Positions 18,051 to 26,130 of a stretch of 32,000 bases of DNA are shown here, one piece after another. The translations under genes and the position numbers were made by a program. Origin of the DNA: Acaryochloris thomasi RCC1774 (GTDB lineage Bacteria; Cyanobacteriota; Cyanobacteriia; Thermosynechococcales; Thermosynechococcaceae); NCBI RefSeq assembly GCF_003231495.1, contig NZ_PQWO01000013.1, positions 30,001 to 62,000 of the forward strand, in the 5' to 3' direction. Every line of letters begins with the position of its first letter. Position 1 is the first letter of the stretch. Under the pieces are notes generated by a model. That model was given only the letters and a program-made list of their open reading frames with translations. It did no database searches and was not told the DNA's origin.

Positions 18051-19283
18051 TCAACGACGAACCTGCAAAACCCGCACTCGCTCTCCAGGCTGAACAGTGG
18101 GGGACTGGGTCGTTAGCATAGCCAAGCCACTGGTGTGGATCAAGTTCATCAGATTCCCGGAGCTGTGGCTACCGCCCGCGAGGGAAAACTCATAGACACC
18201 GTTGACCAAGCGAAGCTGCCCCCACAGATAGGTCTCTCGCTGACCGCTGATCTGGAGTTCCTGCAGTGATTTCGCCTGTACAAAGGTAGGAGCCCATCCC
18301 TGAGACTGTCCAGATAGCTTACGGATGGCGGGTTGGACGAACCGCCAGAAGCTCACGAGTGCTGAGACCGGATTCCCTGGCAGGCCAAAGTAGAGAGCAG
18401 TAGCACCGTCAGAGGTTGGGACTGTGGCAACGGTCAAGGGTTTACCGGGCTTTACCGCCACCGCTCGAATGTGAATCTCTGCTCCTAGTTCGGCTAGGGT
18501 TTGATCGACAAAATCGTAGTCCCCCACCGATACGCCCCCTGAAGAAATCACTAAATCGGCGTGAAGAGCGTCTTGAATGGCGGCTCGCACGTCTGCAGGC
18601 CGATCGCCAACGGTGTCAATCAGCCGCACCTCCGCCCCCGTTTGCTGCACCAGTGCCGCCAGCGCATAGCGGTTGGAATCAATAATCTGTCCAGGCTGGA
18701 GCGGCTGGTCAGGAGCAATCAGTTCACTACCGGTGGAGAGAATCGCCACGATGGGGCGTCGATAGACAGGAATCTGAGTGCACTGGGCGGTGGCTAATAC
18801 GGCAATTTCAGGGGCGTTGAGAATCGTTCCTTGAGTTAAGAGAGGGCTACCGGCTTGATAGTAATCGCCTTGGTGACGTACAAAGGCTTGGGGCTTGGGC
18901 TGCTGCAGGATTTGTACCTGATGGCCCTGACGCTGGGTATGCTCCTGCATGACGACGGTGTCGGCACCGGGGGGCATCATGGAGCCGGTAAATAAACGGG
19001 CGGCCTGCCCCGCCTGGATGGTCTGCTGCGGTGCGGTTCCGGCAGGGATTTCGGTGACGACTTCTAGTACGGTCGGTGTCTCAGGGCTGCAGTTTTGCAG
19101 ATCCGCAAAGCGCACGGCATAGCCATCCATCGCGGAGTTGTCCCAGTAGGGGAAGTTGCGATCGCATCTCACTTCGGTCGCCAATACTCGCCGCGAAGCC
19201 GTCAGCAAGTCAACGGTCTCTCGATCTGAGAGAGGATGCGTCAGATTGAGAATGAGTGATTCAGCTTCAGCAACAGACAACAT
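18051..19283 (-). CDS. moeA: Molybdopterin molybdotransferase
   Basis: MLSVAEAESLIL N-terminus. Motifs seen: NSAMDGYAV, TGSELI, DSNRYALAALV, ISSGGVSVGDYDF, VAVKPGKP, GLPGNPVSALV. An alternative start lies at 19298. Confidence 0.88.
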   Translation of the reverse strand: MLSVAEAESLILNLTHPLSDRETVDLLTASRRVLATEVRCDRNFPYWDNSAMDGYAVRFADLQNCSPETPTVLEVVTEIPAGTAPQQTIQAGQAARLFTGSMMPPGADTVVMQEHTQRQGHQVQILQQPKPQAFVRHQGDYYQAGSPLLTQGTILNAPEIAVLATAQCTQIPVYRRPIVAILSTGSELIAPDQPLQPGQIIDSNRYALAALVQQTGAEVRLIDTVGDRPADVRAAIQDALHADLVISSGGVSVGDYDFVDQTLAELGAEIHIRAVAVKPGKPLTVATVPTSDGATALYFGLPGNPVSALVSFWRFVQPAIRKLSGQSQGWAPTFVQAKSLQELQISGQRETYLWGQLRLVNGVYEFSLAGGSHSSGNLMNLIHTSGLAMLTTQSPTVQPGERVRVLQVRR

Positions 19284-19368
19284 AGAGTGACCAGACAACA
19301 GACTAAGCTAACTCAAGATAATACGACGGTTTTCAATGGCAAAAGATAGAGCGCGGATTTTCAATGGG

Positions 19369-19815
19369 TCAAAAGTAGTTCTTGCGTTTGCGCTGGCTCA
19401 ACTCATCTTTTATGAAAAGTGAAAGTTGATACAGCTCTACAGCGACGGCTATACCCATTGTTAGCAGCACTAGCCTGTACCCCCATCTCACATAGTAAGA
19501 GAATAGTCCAGAGGCCCAGATATGATTTATGTGATGCATGAGTAAGTAAAAACTAACTCCAGCCGATAAAAGTCGGCAGTTCACCAGCCATAGATAGTCT
19601 CGTCCAAACCAGAGGTTGATAAAGAAGTACACCGGAAGACAAAGTATTTTTGGATCAATAAACACCATGAATCCCAGCGTTACGTAACCAATCATCTCTC
19701 CGCCAAAGCCGTAAAAGCCGGAATTGTAGCTCCAAGGCACAAATAGGCTTAGCGTCAGCGTAAGACAGATCAGAAGGCGGATGACTTTTAATAGACGACC
19801 GCTTGATAGCCCCAT
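19369..19815 (-). CDS. Hypothetical integral membrane protein
   Basis: 148-aa ORF with about 4 hydrophobic segments and a basic C-terminus (QRKRKNYF). GC content is lower than in its neighbours. No family recognised. Confidence 0.5.
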   Translation of the reverse strand: MGLSSGRLLKVIRLLICLTLTLSLFVPWSYNSGFYGFGGEMIGYVTLGFMVFIDPKILCLPVYFFINLWFGRDYLWLVNCRLLSAGVSFYLLMHHINHIWASGLFSYYVRWGYRLVLLTMGIAVAVELYQLSLFIKDELSQRKRKNYF

Positions 19816-19884
19816 ACTGTCTACCCAAAAAGATTTATAGTGGAATACGAACGAACGTTACTAACGCGCCTAAGGAGTATCTCT

Positions 19885-19998
19885 GTGGTTGAGCCTCTAC
19901 TGTCCGGTATTGTACTGGGTCTAATTCCGATCACCCTCGCGGGGTTGTTTGTTGCAGCTTGGCAGCAATATAAGCGCGGAGATGAGTTAGGACTGTAG
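19885..19998 (+). CDS. petG: Cytochrome b6-f complex subunit 5
   Basis: 37-aa ORF found by hand, with a GTG start and AAGGAG at 19872-19877. Sequence: (M)[36 protein letters not shown], a near-canonical PetG. Confidence 0.88.
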   Translation: MVEPLLSGIVLGLIPITLAGLFVAAWQQYKRGDELGL

Positions 19999-20004
19999 GC
20001 GTTT

Positions 20005-20817
20005 CTAACCTTGCCCTGAGGTTTGCCTGCGATAGGGAGACAGCATCGCATCCCAGTTTTTGCGATGATCTTGAAAGTCTTTTTGGCACCGTTGCTGTTG
20101 ATCCAGCGACGGTGCTTGTTGATTGGAGCCACTCGCAGATTCTTCTAAATTGCTGTCAATCATGCAGCCAATGTTTGCGTAGCGCTGAGCATTGAAGCCA
20201 TGGGCATTCCAGAAGGATAGTTGTTCTAGTGCTGCTTGTTCAGCTCCATCCACGTCGAACAGCTCCATGCTGGTGAGCACGGCCTCTTCTTCTTTGAGGT
20301 CTGATAGCATTAGGGCCGCAAACGCATCGGCGGCATTTTCTTCGCTACCGGTAATAGGAAGCTGATATTGCTGGATAAATGTGTGGCCGAGTTCATGGAA
20401 GAGCGTTAACAGAGCCACGTCAACAGCAGCAGAGTTTGCGGCAGCAGCCGTCTGCGCATCTGCACCGAGGATATTGACATGCTGCTGCAGGAACTCATAG
20501 CAAAGCTCAATTTTGTTTTGTGCTGAACCGTTGGAGGCGTTTTCTCCGCATTCTTGAAAATAAACGGTCAGGGTTTGGGGCAGAGAAAATTTATTATTGA
20601 GATCGGATGCGATCGCATCCCATTCTCCAGACTGCTGAATTGCATGATGAATGGGTTGATAAACCTGACTCTGGGGAGGGACATGCTCAATCACAATTTT
20701 GCTCTCATCACCCACAGGTTTCGCTTCCAGCGTGAATGGAGGAGGGGAAGGGCTACAGGCTGTCACCCCTATCAGGGCTAGACCCGCAATATATTTAAGC
20801 AGCTGTTGATTTCGCAT
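20005..20817 (-). CDS. Lipoprotein, DUF4344-like putative zinc metallopeptidase
   Basis: Lipobox LIGVTAC. Motifs seen: FQECGENA, IELCYEF, FHELGHTF and SEENAADAFAALML, which fit the DUF4344 pattern from memory. Confidence 0.68.
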   Translation of the reverse strand: MRNQQLLKYIAGLALIGVTACSPSPPPFTLEAKPVGDESKIVIEHVPPQSQVYQPIHHAIQQSGEWDAIASDLNNKFSLPQTLTVYFQECGENASNGSAQNKIELCYEFLQQHVNILGADAQTAAAANSAAVDVALLTLFHELGHTFIQQYQLPITGSEENAADAFAALMLSDLKEEEAVLTSMELFDVDGAEQAALEQLSFWNAHGFNAQRYANIGCMIDSNLEESASGSNQQAPSLDQQQRCQKDFQDHRKNWDAMLSPYRRQTSGQG

Positions 20818-20859
20818 TACTCTCTCCCTTGAGAACGCGACGGTTTTGAAACCTCGATC

Positions 20860-21393
20860 CTATCGTCGAACATAAAACGTGACGGCGCTGTTGCCGTAGG
20901 TTTTGGTGCGTTGGGCGATGATGCCTTTCAATTCGAGCGGAAGTGCGTAGGCTGGGGTGTGTTCTACGCAGAGTTCTCCGTTGGGGGCTAGGAGGGTTTG
21001 AGTTGCGATCGCATCTAAAACTACTTCATAAATCCCAGAATCATAGGGCGGGTCAAAATAAATCCGATCAAACGTTTGCTTCAGTTTCGGAAGCCGTCGC
21101 GCCACATCGCCCCGAATCACCTGCCAGCTTTGTTCTGGCTTGGCCACGAGCTGCCAATTCTCCCGAATCACAGAGCAGGCTCGACCCGATTGTTCAATCC
21201 CGATCGCCAGACCTGCCCCCCGACAGAGTGCCTCAGCTCCCATCGAACCACTACCGCAGCAGAGATCAAGCCAGCAACAGCCTGCAATCTGCCCACGCCA
21301 GATCTCAAACACCGCCTCTCTCACCCTCGATGTCGTTGGGCGAGTGAGCCGTCCCGACAGGGTTTTGATCTGACGATTGCCGTAGATTCGCAC
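20860..21393 (-). CDS. rsmD: 16S rRNA (guanine(966)-N(2))-methyltransferase
   Basis: Motifs seen: MRIYGNRQIKT, RPTTSRVREAVFEIW, LDLCCGSGSMGAEAL, YFDPPY. Confidence 0.85.
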   Translation of the reverse strand: MRIYGNRQIKTLSGRLTRPTTSRVREAVFEIWRGQIAGCCWLDLCCGSGSMGAEALCRGAGLAIGIEQSGRACSVIRENWQLVAKPEQSWQVIRGDVARRLPKLKQTFDRIYFDPPYDSGIYEVVLDAIATQTLLAPNGELCVEHTPAYALPLELKGIIAQRTKTYGNSAVTFYVRR

Positions 21394-21405
21394 CGCTGGT
21401 TACCC

Positions 21406-21924
21406 CTAACTCTCAGGCTCCACGTAACCTTGTATATTTTCTAACTCAAACTGTCGCAAAATATCGGTGGCTTTATACGTCAATGTTTCTGCACCCTTGA
21501 CCACGATCAGATATTTGCCCGCATCCAGACGATTTCGGTAGCGCAAAGCGTCTCCGCCGCCCACCAGCAAGCCGACACCGCCGCCGACAAAAAAGCCGCC
21601 TGAGGCTCCAAATAAGGCTCCAACAAGCCCCCCCAGAATATGGCTGACGGTGGGGTAGGCCCAAGGGAACATCTCAGCTCCGGTCATCAAATGGAAGGTA
21701 GACCCTAAAATACATCCAAAGGGCACCAGCACATAAATCATCCCCAAAGCCTGCTTTTGGGCCGGTTCACTGGGGTTGATGAAGCCAAACTCATCAGCGC
21801 TTTTATACCCTCGCCCTAGGAGCGACACCTGTTCTAACGGCACATGAGCTGATTCTAGAGCAGTGTAAGCGGCCTCCGCTTCCATGCGATCGGGAAGGAC
21901 GGCAATCAGATAGTTTGAACTCAT
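21406..21924 (-). CDS. Hypothetical membrane protein with Gly-zipper segment
   Basis: 172-aa ORF immediately upstream of rsmD on the same strand. A central hydrophobic, Gly-rich region (GGLVGALFGASGGFFVGGGVGLLVGGG) is flanked by soluble alpha/beta segments. Confidence 0.55.
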   Translation of the reverse strand: MSSNYLIAVLPDRMEAEAAYTALESAHVPLEQVSLLGRGYKSADEFGFINPSEPAQKQALGMIYVLVPFGCILGSTFHLMTGAEMFPWAYPTVSHILGGLVGALFGASGGFFVGGGVGLLVGGGDALRYRNRLDAGKYLIVVKGAETLTYKATDILRQFELENIQGYVEPES

Positions 21925-21969
21925 AGAAACTGAATGATGGTGGGCGCTGGAATTCTCATCGCTTTGCTA

Positions 21970-22608
21970 CTAGGCCGGAACCTGGACAGTCGCATGAACC
22001 TGATGAATGAAGTTCGCTAAGAGCTGGAGACCATGAGTAGAGGACTTTTCAGGGTGGAATTGAACAGCGACTATGTTGTTTCGGGCAATTGCAGCTGTGA
22101 CGGTTTGACTACCGTGGGTCACGGTAGCGGCACAGACCTTAGCATCCACCGGATCGACGTAGTAGGAATGATCGAAATAGACCCAGGGCTGTGATGGCAG
22201 TCGCTCCCAAACCGGTAGCTGCTGCGTATAATCCAGTTGATTCCAGCCCATGTGGGGAATGGTAATGTCGGGTTCTGGCTGAAACTGCTTCACAGTGCCC
22301 GGAATGACGCCTAAGCCAGGCTCCTCTCCCTCATCACTCCCATCAAAGAGAATCTGGAGGCCCAGACAAATGCCAAAGAAGGGCTTGCCACTGGCGATGA
22401 TGTCCTTGATAGGTGAGATGAGATCGCGCGATCTCAAATGCTGCATAGCCGGATCAAATGCACCGACGCCGGGCAGAACCAGGGCGTCTGCCTGCTCAAG
22501 ATCCTGGTAGCGATCGCTAATAACGGTTTCAGCACCCGCTTTCTCCAATCCCTTACAGGCAGAATGGAGATTGCCCATATCGTAATCAATCACAGCAATG
22601 GTTGTCAT
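21970..22608 (-). CDS. hisH: Imidazole glycerol phosphate synthase, glutamine amidotransferase subunit
   Basis: Motifs seen: IAVIDYDMGNLHS, LPGVGAF, GICLGLQILF (catalytic Cys), HMGWN, VQFHPEKS. Confidence 0.92.
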   Translation of the reverse strand: MTTIAVIDYDMGNLHSACKGLEKAGAETVISDRYQDLEQADALVLPGVGAFDPAMQHLRSRDLISPIKDIIASGKPFFGICLGLQILFDGSDEGEEPGLGVIPGTVKQFQPEPDITIPHMGWNQLDYTQQLPVWERLPSQPWVYFDHSYYVDPVDAKVCAATVTHGSQTVTAAIARNNIVAVQFHPEKSSTHGLQLLANFIHQVHATVQVPA

Positions 22609-22663
22609 ACCGTCCTCCTGCAGTGCCTATCTCACTATAGAACCTTAGCTTAAAGGATCGATA

Positions 22664-22912
22664 TTATTCTGCTGTCGCTTCGCCCACGATGGTTGCCAGC
22701 CGATCAAAATCAGAGCTATCAGCAATCTGTTGAAGCTGCGCCTGCTGCAGCTTTTGTTCTGCAGGAACCTGCGCTAAAAGCCTATCAATGCAACCACTAT
22801 CCAGCATTGTTGCCGCGCGATACACGGCCTGCAGCCAAGCCATCGGCATCTCTTGGATCAGTGATTTGTCGCAATGGGGGTAGAAATTAGTGTGTTGTGC
22901 GATAGGTGGCAT
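22664..22912 (-). CDS. Small hypothetical protein (possible orphan tail of a signalling protein)
   Basis: 82-aa ORF. MPMAWLQAVYRAATMLDSGCIDRLLAQVPAEQ...DFDRLATIV resembles a C-terminal module I recall from cyanobacterial two-component proteins. The start could be M22 (22849). Confidence 0.35.
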   Translation of the reverse strand: MPPIAQHTNFYPHCDKSLIQEMPMAWLQAVYRAATMLDSGCIDRLLAQVPAEQKLQQAQLQQIADSSDFDRLATIVGEATAE

Positions 22913-22991
22913 CTAATATCATCAAGAAGATATGTTCTGCGACTGTCTACCGTATGACCATAGTTATACACCTTCTACTTCAAGGGTCGTT

Positions 22992-23573
22992 ATGAAACCA
23001 AATGCTATAGACGTATTCCGTGATTGGTTTGCACTCGCCTTGAAAGATAGTCCATTACAACATCCAAAAGCTATGTGCTTGTCCACTGTAAATGAAGATG
23101 CTATTCCTGAAGCCCGCTTTGTTGCGCTCAAGAAGGTGTCTGATGAAGGATTCGTTTTTTGTTCATCACTCGAATCACCCAAAGCTCTTTCGATTGCCAC
23201 CCATTCCAATGTCGCCCTTACATTTTGGTGGGATCATATCGAGCGTCAAGTTCGCATCAGAGGTCAGGCATCACAGATTTCTGATGCAGATGCCGAGTAC
23301 TACTTTCATGAAAGACGCCGAGATGCCCAACTGACAACCTTAGCCTCACAACAAAGCACTCCACTATCATCACAAGCTGAACTTGAGGAGAGCCTGCGCG
23401 TCATCAAGAAACGCTATGAGGGACATCAAATCCCACGCCCTCATACTTGGGGAGGTTACTGTGTGAAGCCTGAAAAAATAGAATTCCTCGAGTTTCAAAA
23501 AAATCGTTTACACATCCGAACGTTGTATATATTTAGCCGTGGGAAATGGTCAAAATTTCTATTACAGCCCTAG
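22992..23573 (+). CDS. pdxH: Pyridoxamine 5'-phosphate oxidase
   Basis: Motifs seen: ARFVALKKVSDEGFVFCS, FWWDHIERQVRIRGQA, YFHERRRDAQL, TWGGYCVKPEKIEFLEFQKNRLHIR, and the ending LLQP. The start is taken at MKPNAIDVF. Confidence 0.85.
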   Translation: MKPNAIDVFRDWFALALKDSPLQHPKAMCLSTVNEDAIPEARFVALKKVSDEGFVFCSSLESPKALSIATHSNVALTFWWDHIERQVRIRGQASQISDADAEYYFHERRRDAQLTTLASQQSTPLSSQAELEESLRVIKKRYEGHQIPRPHTWGGYCVKPEKIEFLEFQKNRLHIRTLYIFSRGKWSKFLLQP

Positions 23574-23874
23574 CTGTCACTGTGAACTATCCTCCTACGG
23601 GATTCCCGCAGATTGGCGGAAACAACAGACTGTAATTTTCTTGATTTTCTAGAATCTCTGTTGAGTAGTGTTTCCCGCGAACCAGACCCCAACTTATGAG
23701 AAATGCGAGGTGTGTTGGATTCCAGAAAGACCGAAGCTCAATCAAAATACAGAGTGTTATTTGACCGAATTACCTGTAATCTTTGTGGATACTAAGTTGC
23801 AGGCTCCCTAAGCTAGGACTGGTGAGAAATCCAGGTATTGCCCTCTCGATTCGTTAACTTCCATATCTTCAAAC

Positions 23875-24582
23875 TTGATCACGCTAACTCCCATTGCCCA
23901 CGTGCAATCGTGCTACCCTGAGCGGTTTGGCATCCCAAGACAGGCTGGCCTGGTGCCCTCTGCAACAGCCGCTATTGTCTTTTCTAAGTCAGAAAATCAC
24001 AAGCTCTCGTTACGGGGGCTTGAGCGTTTCTCCCATATTTGGGTAGTGTTTCTTTTTCATCAGGGATATGCCAAGACTAAACCGCTGGTACAGCCGCCTC
24101 GGCTAGGCGGCAAGAAAACAATGGGGGTCTATGCCACACGTAGTCCCAATCGACCGAACCCGATAGGATTGAGTGCGGTCTCCCTCGACCGAGTGGACTA
24201 TCAATCGGACAAAATTCTGATTCATATCCGTGGGGGCGATTTTCTCGATGGCACACCGGTGTTGGATATTAAACCTTACATTCCCTATGCTGATGCGATA
24301 CCCGAAGCAGACAGCGCCTGGGCAATCGCAGAGCCACCGCCGCTCTTGGTGCTTTGGAGTGCAGCGGCACAGTCCGCATTAGAAGCCAGTCAAGGGGTTC
24401 ATGTCGAACAGGTTCGAACTCTCATTGCTGAAACTATCGCTCAAGATCCACGCCCAGCCCATGAGCGTGGCAAGGACGGTCGCCCCGGCCAGCAGTGGAA
24501 TATGCGCGTTAAAGGGTTCGATGTGTTCTGGCAAGTTGAAGCGGGCGTTGCCACGGTCACTCACCTCACCCAATTATCATGA
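23875..24582 (+). CDS. trmO: tRNA (N6-threonylcarbamoyladenosine(37)-N6)-methyltransferase TrmO (TsaA/YaeB family)
   Basis: TTG start. Motifs seen: PIAHVQSCYPERFGIPRQ, FSHIWVVFLFH, GVYATRSPNRPNPIGLS, GTPVLDIKPYIPYAD. Confidence 0.85.
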   Translation: MITLTPIAHVQSCYPERFGIPRQAGLVPSATAAIVFSKSENHKLSLRGLERFSHIWVVFLFHQGYAKTKPLVQPPRLGGKKTMGVYATRSPNRPNPIGLSAVSLDRVDYQSDKILIHIRGGDFLDGTPVLDIKPYIPYADAIPEADSAWAIAEPPPLLVLWSAAAQSALEASQGVHVEQVRTLIAETIAQDPRPAHERGKDGRPGQQWNMRVKGFDVFWQVEAGVATVTHLTQLS

Positions 24583-24871
24583 ATTAAGTGAATAAGGAAT
24601 GCTGGGTCGAAAGCCTGGGTCGAAATACGAGACCTCCGGCGACTTCCGTTTGAGTGCGGGCTATGCTATCGGCAATTGTGTCGCTGGCTGGCAATATGCA
24701 GCTTTGATATCTCTGAAGGCTTGACTTCAAAAGGAATCAGAGCAGTGCAACTCCGGCATCCTGTTCGAAATGATGCGGGTTGTCATAATGATCTTAAGAT
24801 TCGCAGATATTTAAACAGCAGGTACAGGCAAGTAGCCTCATACTGAAAGTAGTTTTCCACTGCGAGAGCAG

Positions 24872-26059
24872 ATGACTCTTTGTATCAATCCTAACTGTCC
24901 CAATCCTCATAACATCGATGCTCATCTGTTCTGTCAGGGCTGTGGCTCTGAACTGCTGCTGGAGGGACGCTATCGGGTGACCAAGCAGCGCGGCAAAGGC
25001 GGCTTTGGTTCTACCTATGAAGTGCGCTTGCGTCAGGCCGAGACTAAGATTCTAAAGGTGCTGACGGATAATTTGCCCAAGCATGTGGAATTATTCCAAC
25101 GCGAAGCGTTCCTGTTAAGTCAGCTTCATCATCCCGGCATTCCAGCCGTTGAAGATGGGGCTTATTTTACCTATTACGCTAAAAACCGCTCCGAACCCCT
25201 GCACTGCATCATCATGGAGCATGTTGTGGGCTTGGATCTACAGGACTATCTTAGGCAACGTGGACAACCGATTGAGCAGAGATTAGCACTGCAGTGGCTG
25301 ATACAGGTTGTAGAAATCTTGCAAGTTTTGCATCAGAAGCATGTTCTGCACCGCGATATCAAGCCTTCTAACATTATGCTCAAGGCAGAAGGGAGCTTGG
25401 CGCTGGTTGATTTTGGCACGGCTCGTTCCGTCACCAATATCAGCGGTGATCCCAGTGGTCAGGCGGGTACCCGCGTCGTGTCATCGTTTTATACTCCGTC
25501 GGAGCAGATGTATGGTCAGGCTGTTGCTCAGTCAGATTTTTTCGCCCTCGGGCGTACCTTTGTTTATCTGGTGACGGCGACGGAGCTGGGCAAGCTGTAT
25601 GACAGCACGACCGATACTCTCAAATGGCACCAAGCTGCAACTGACCTAACACCAGAGTTTACAGACTTTCTTGACTATTTGATGATGCCAGCGGTGAATC
25701 AGCGCCCGACAACGACGGCGGAAATCCTGCAGCAGCTTCAACAATTACAAACGAGCTCCTCTTCTATACCGACGGTTCCTCTGGCAGATGCCCCGGCGGC
25801 TTTTGCTGAGGAGAAGGTTGATGAAGATGCTGCAATCCCACCTTCGCGGCAGATCCAGACTCCTAGAAAGCTAGATGAACAATTTGTAGAGCGATGCCAG
25901 AAAGAACTCGCTGAGTTTATAGGGCCGATTGCGGCAATCGTATGTCAGCAAGCGCTGGCGACCGATCCTACCGCCTCTGAAAGAGATTTTATCGAGGTTC
26001 TCTCTCGCCACATCAATAAGCACCAAGACGCTGACAACTTTAAACGGACCGTTAAATAA
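24872..26059 (+). CDS. Hanks-type Ser/Thr protein kinase with N-terminal 4-Cys zinc-ribbon prefix
   Basis: C4-x4-C9-x11-C21-x2-C24, then GKGGFGSTY, the Lys in KILKVL, HRDIKPSNIM and DFGTA. No TM segment. The C-terminal ~60-aa helical module reads FVERCQKELAEFIGPIAAIVCQQAL. Confidence 0.88.
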   Translation: MTLCINPNCPNPHNIDAHLFCQGCGSELLLEGRYRVTKQRGKGGFGSTYEVRLRQAETKILKVLTDNLPKHVELFQREAFLLSQLHHPGIPAVEDGAYFTYYAKNRSEPLHCIIMEHVVGLDLQDYLRQRGQPIEQRLALQWLIQVVEILQVLHQKHVLHRDIKPSNIMLKAEGSLALVDFGTARSVTNISGDPSGQAGTRVVSSFYTPSEQMYGQAVAQSDFFALGRTFVYLVTATELGKLYDSTTDTLKWHQAATDLTPEFTDFLDYLMMPAVNQRPTTTAEILQQLQQLQTSSSSIPTVPLADAPAAFAEEKVDEDAAIPPSRQIQTPRKLDEQFVERCQKELAEFIGPIAAIVCQQALATDPTASERDFIEVLSRHINKHQDADNFKRTVK

Positions 26060-26130
26060 GGCTGAAGGTCGCCGGAACGGATGCAATCGCTGTAGCCTAA
26101 AACATTGATGATTGCGATCGCACCGGGACA

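Noticed and set aside
19821-20132. 103-aa minus-strand ORF
   Set aside because: It is antisense to a clear petG (19885-19998) and overlaps the 3' end of the DUF4344-like gene. Its sequence is low-complexity and unrecognisable.
20943-21444. Three overlapping plus-strand ORFs (134, 122 and 77 aa)
   Set aside because: They are antisense to rsmD and the gene upstream of it. Their Pro/Arg/Ser-rich composition is typical of open antisense frames in GC-rich coding DNA.
24411-24419. GGTTCGAAC T-loop-like sequence
   Set aside because: It lies inside the trmO coding frame, and I could not build the flanking acceptor, D or anticodon arms. It is not a tRNA.
24602-24625. Tandem CTGGGTCGAAA x2 after trmO
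   Set aside because: There are only two 11-nt units with no further periodicity. That is too short to call a repeat array or a CRISPR.
24583-24871. Possible small ORF (36 aa from 24598) or ncRNA in the spacer upstream of the kinase gene
   Set aside because: I could not identify conserved structure, a promoter/terminator pair or a recognisable peptide. It is left unannotated.
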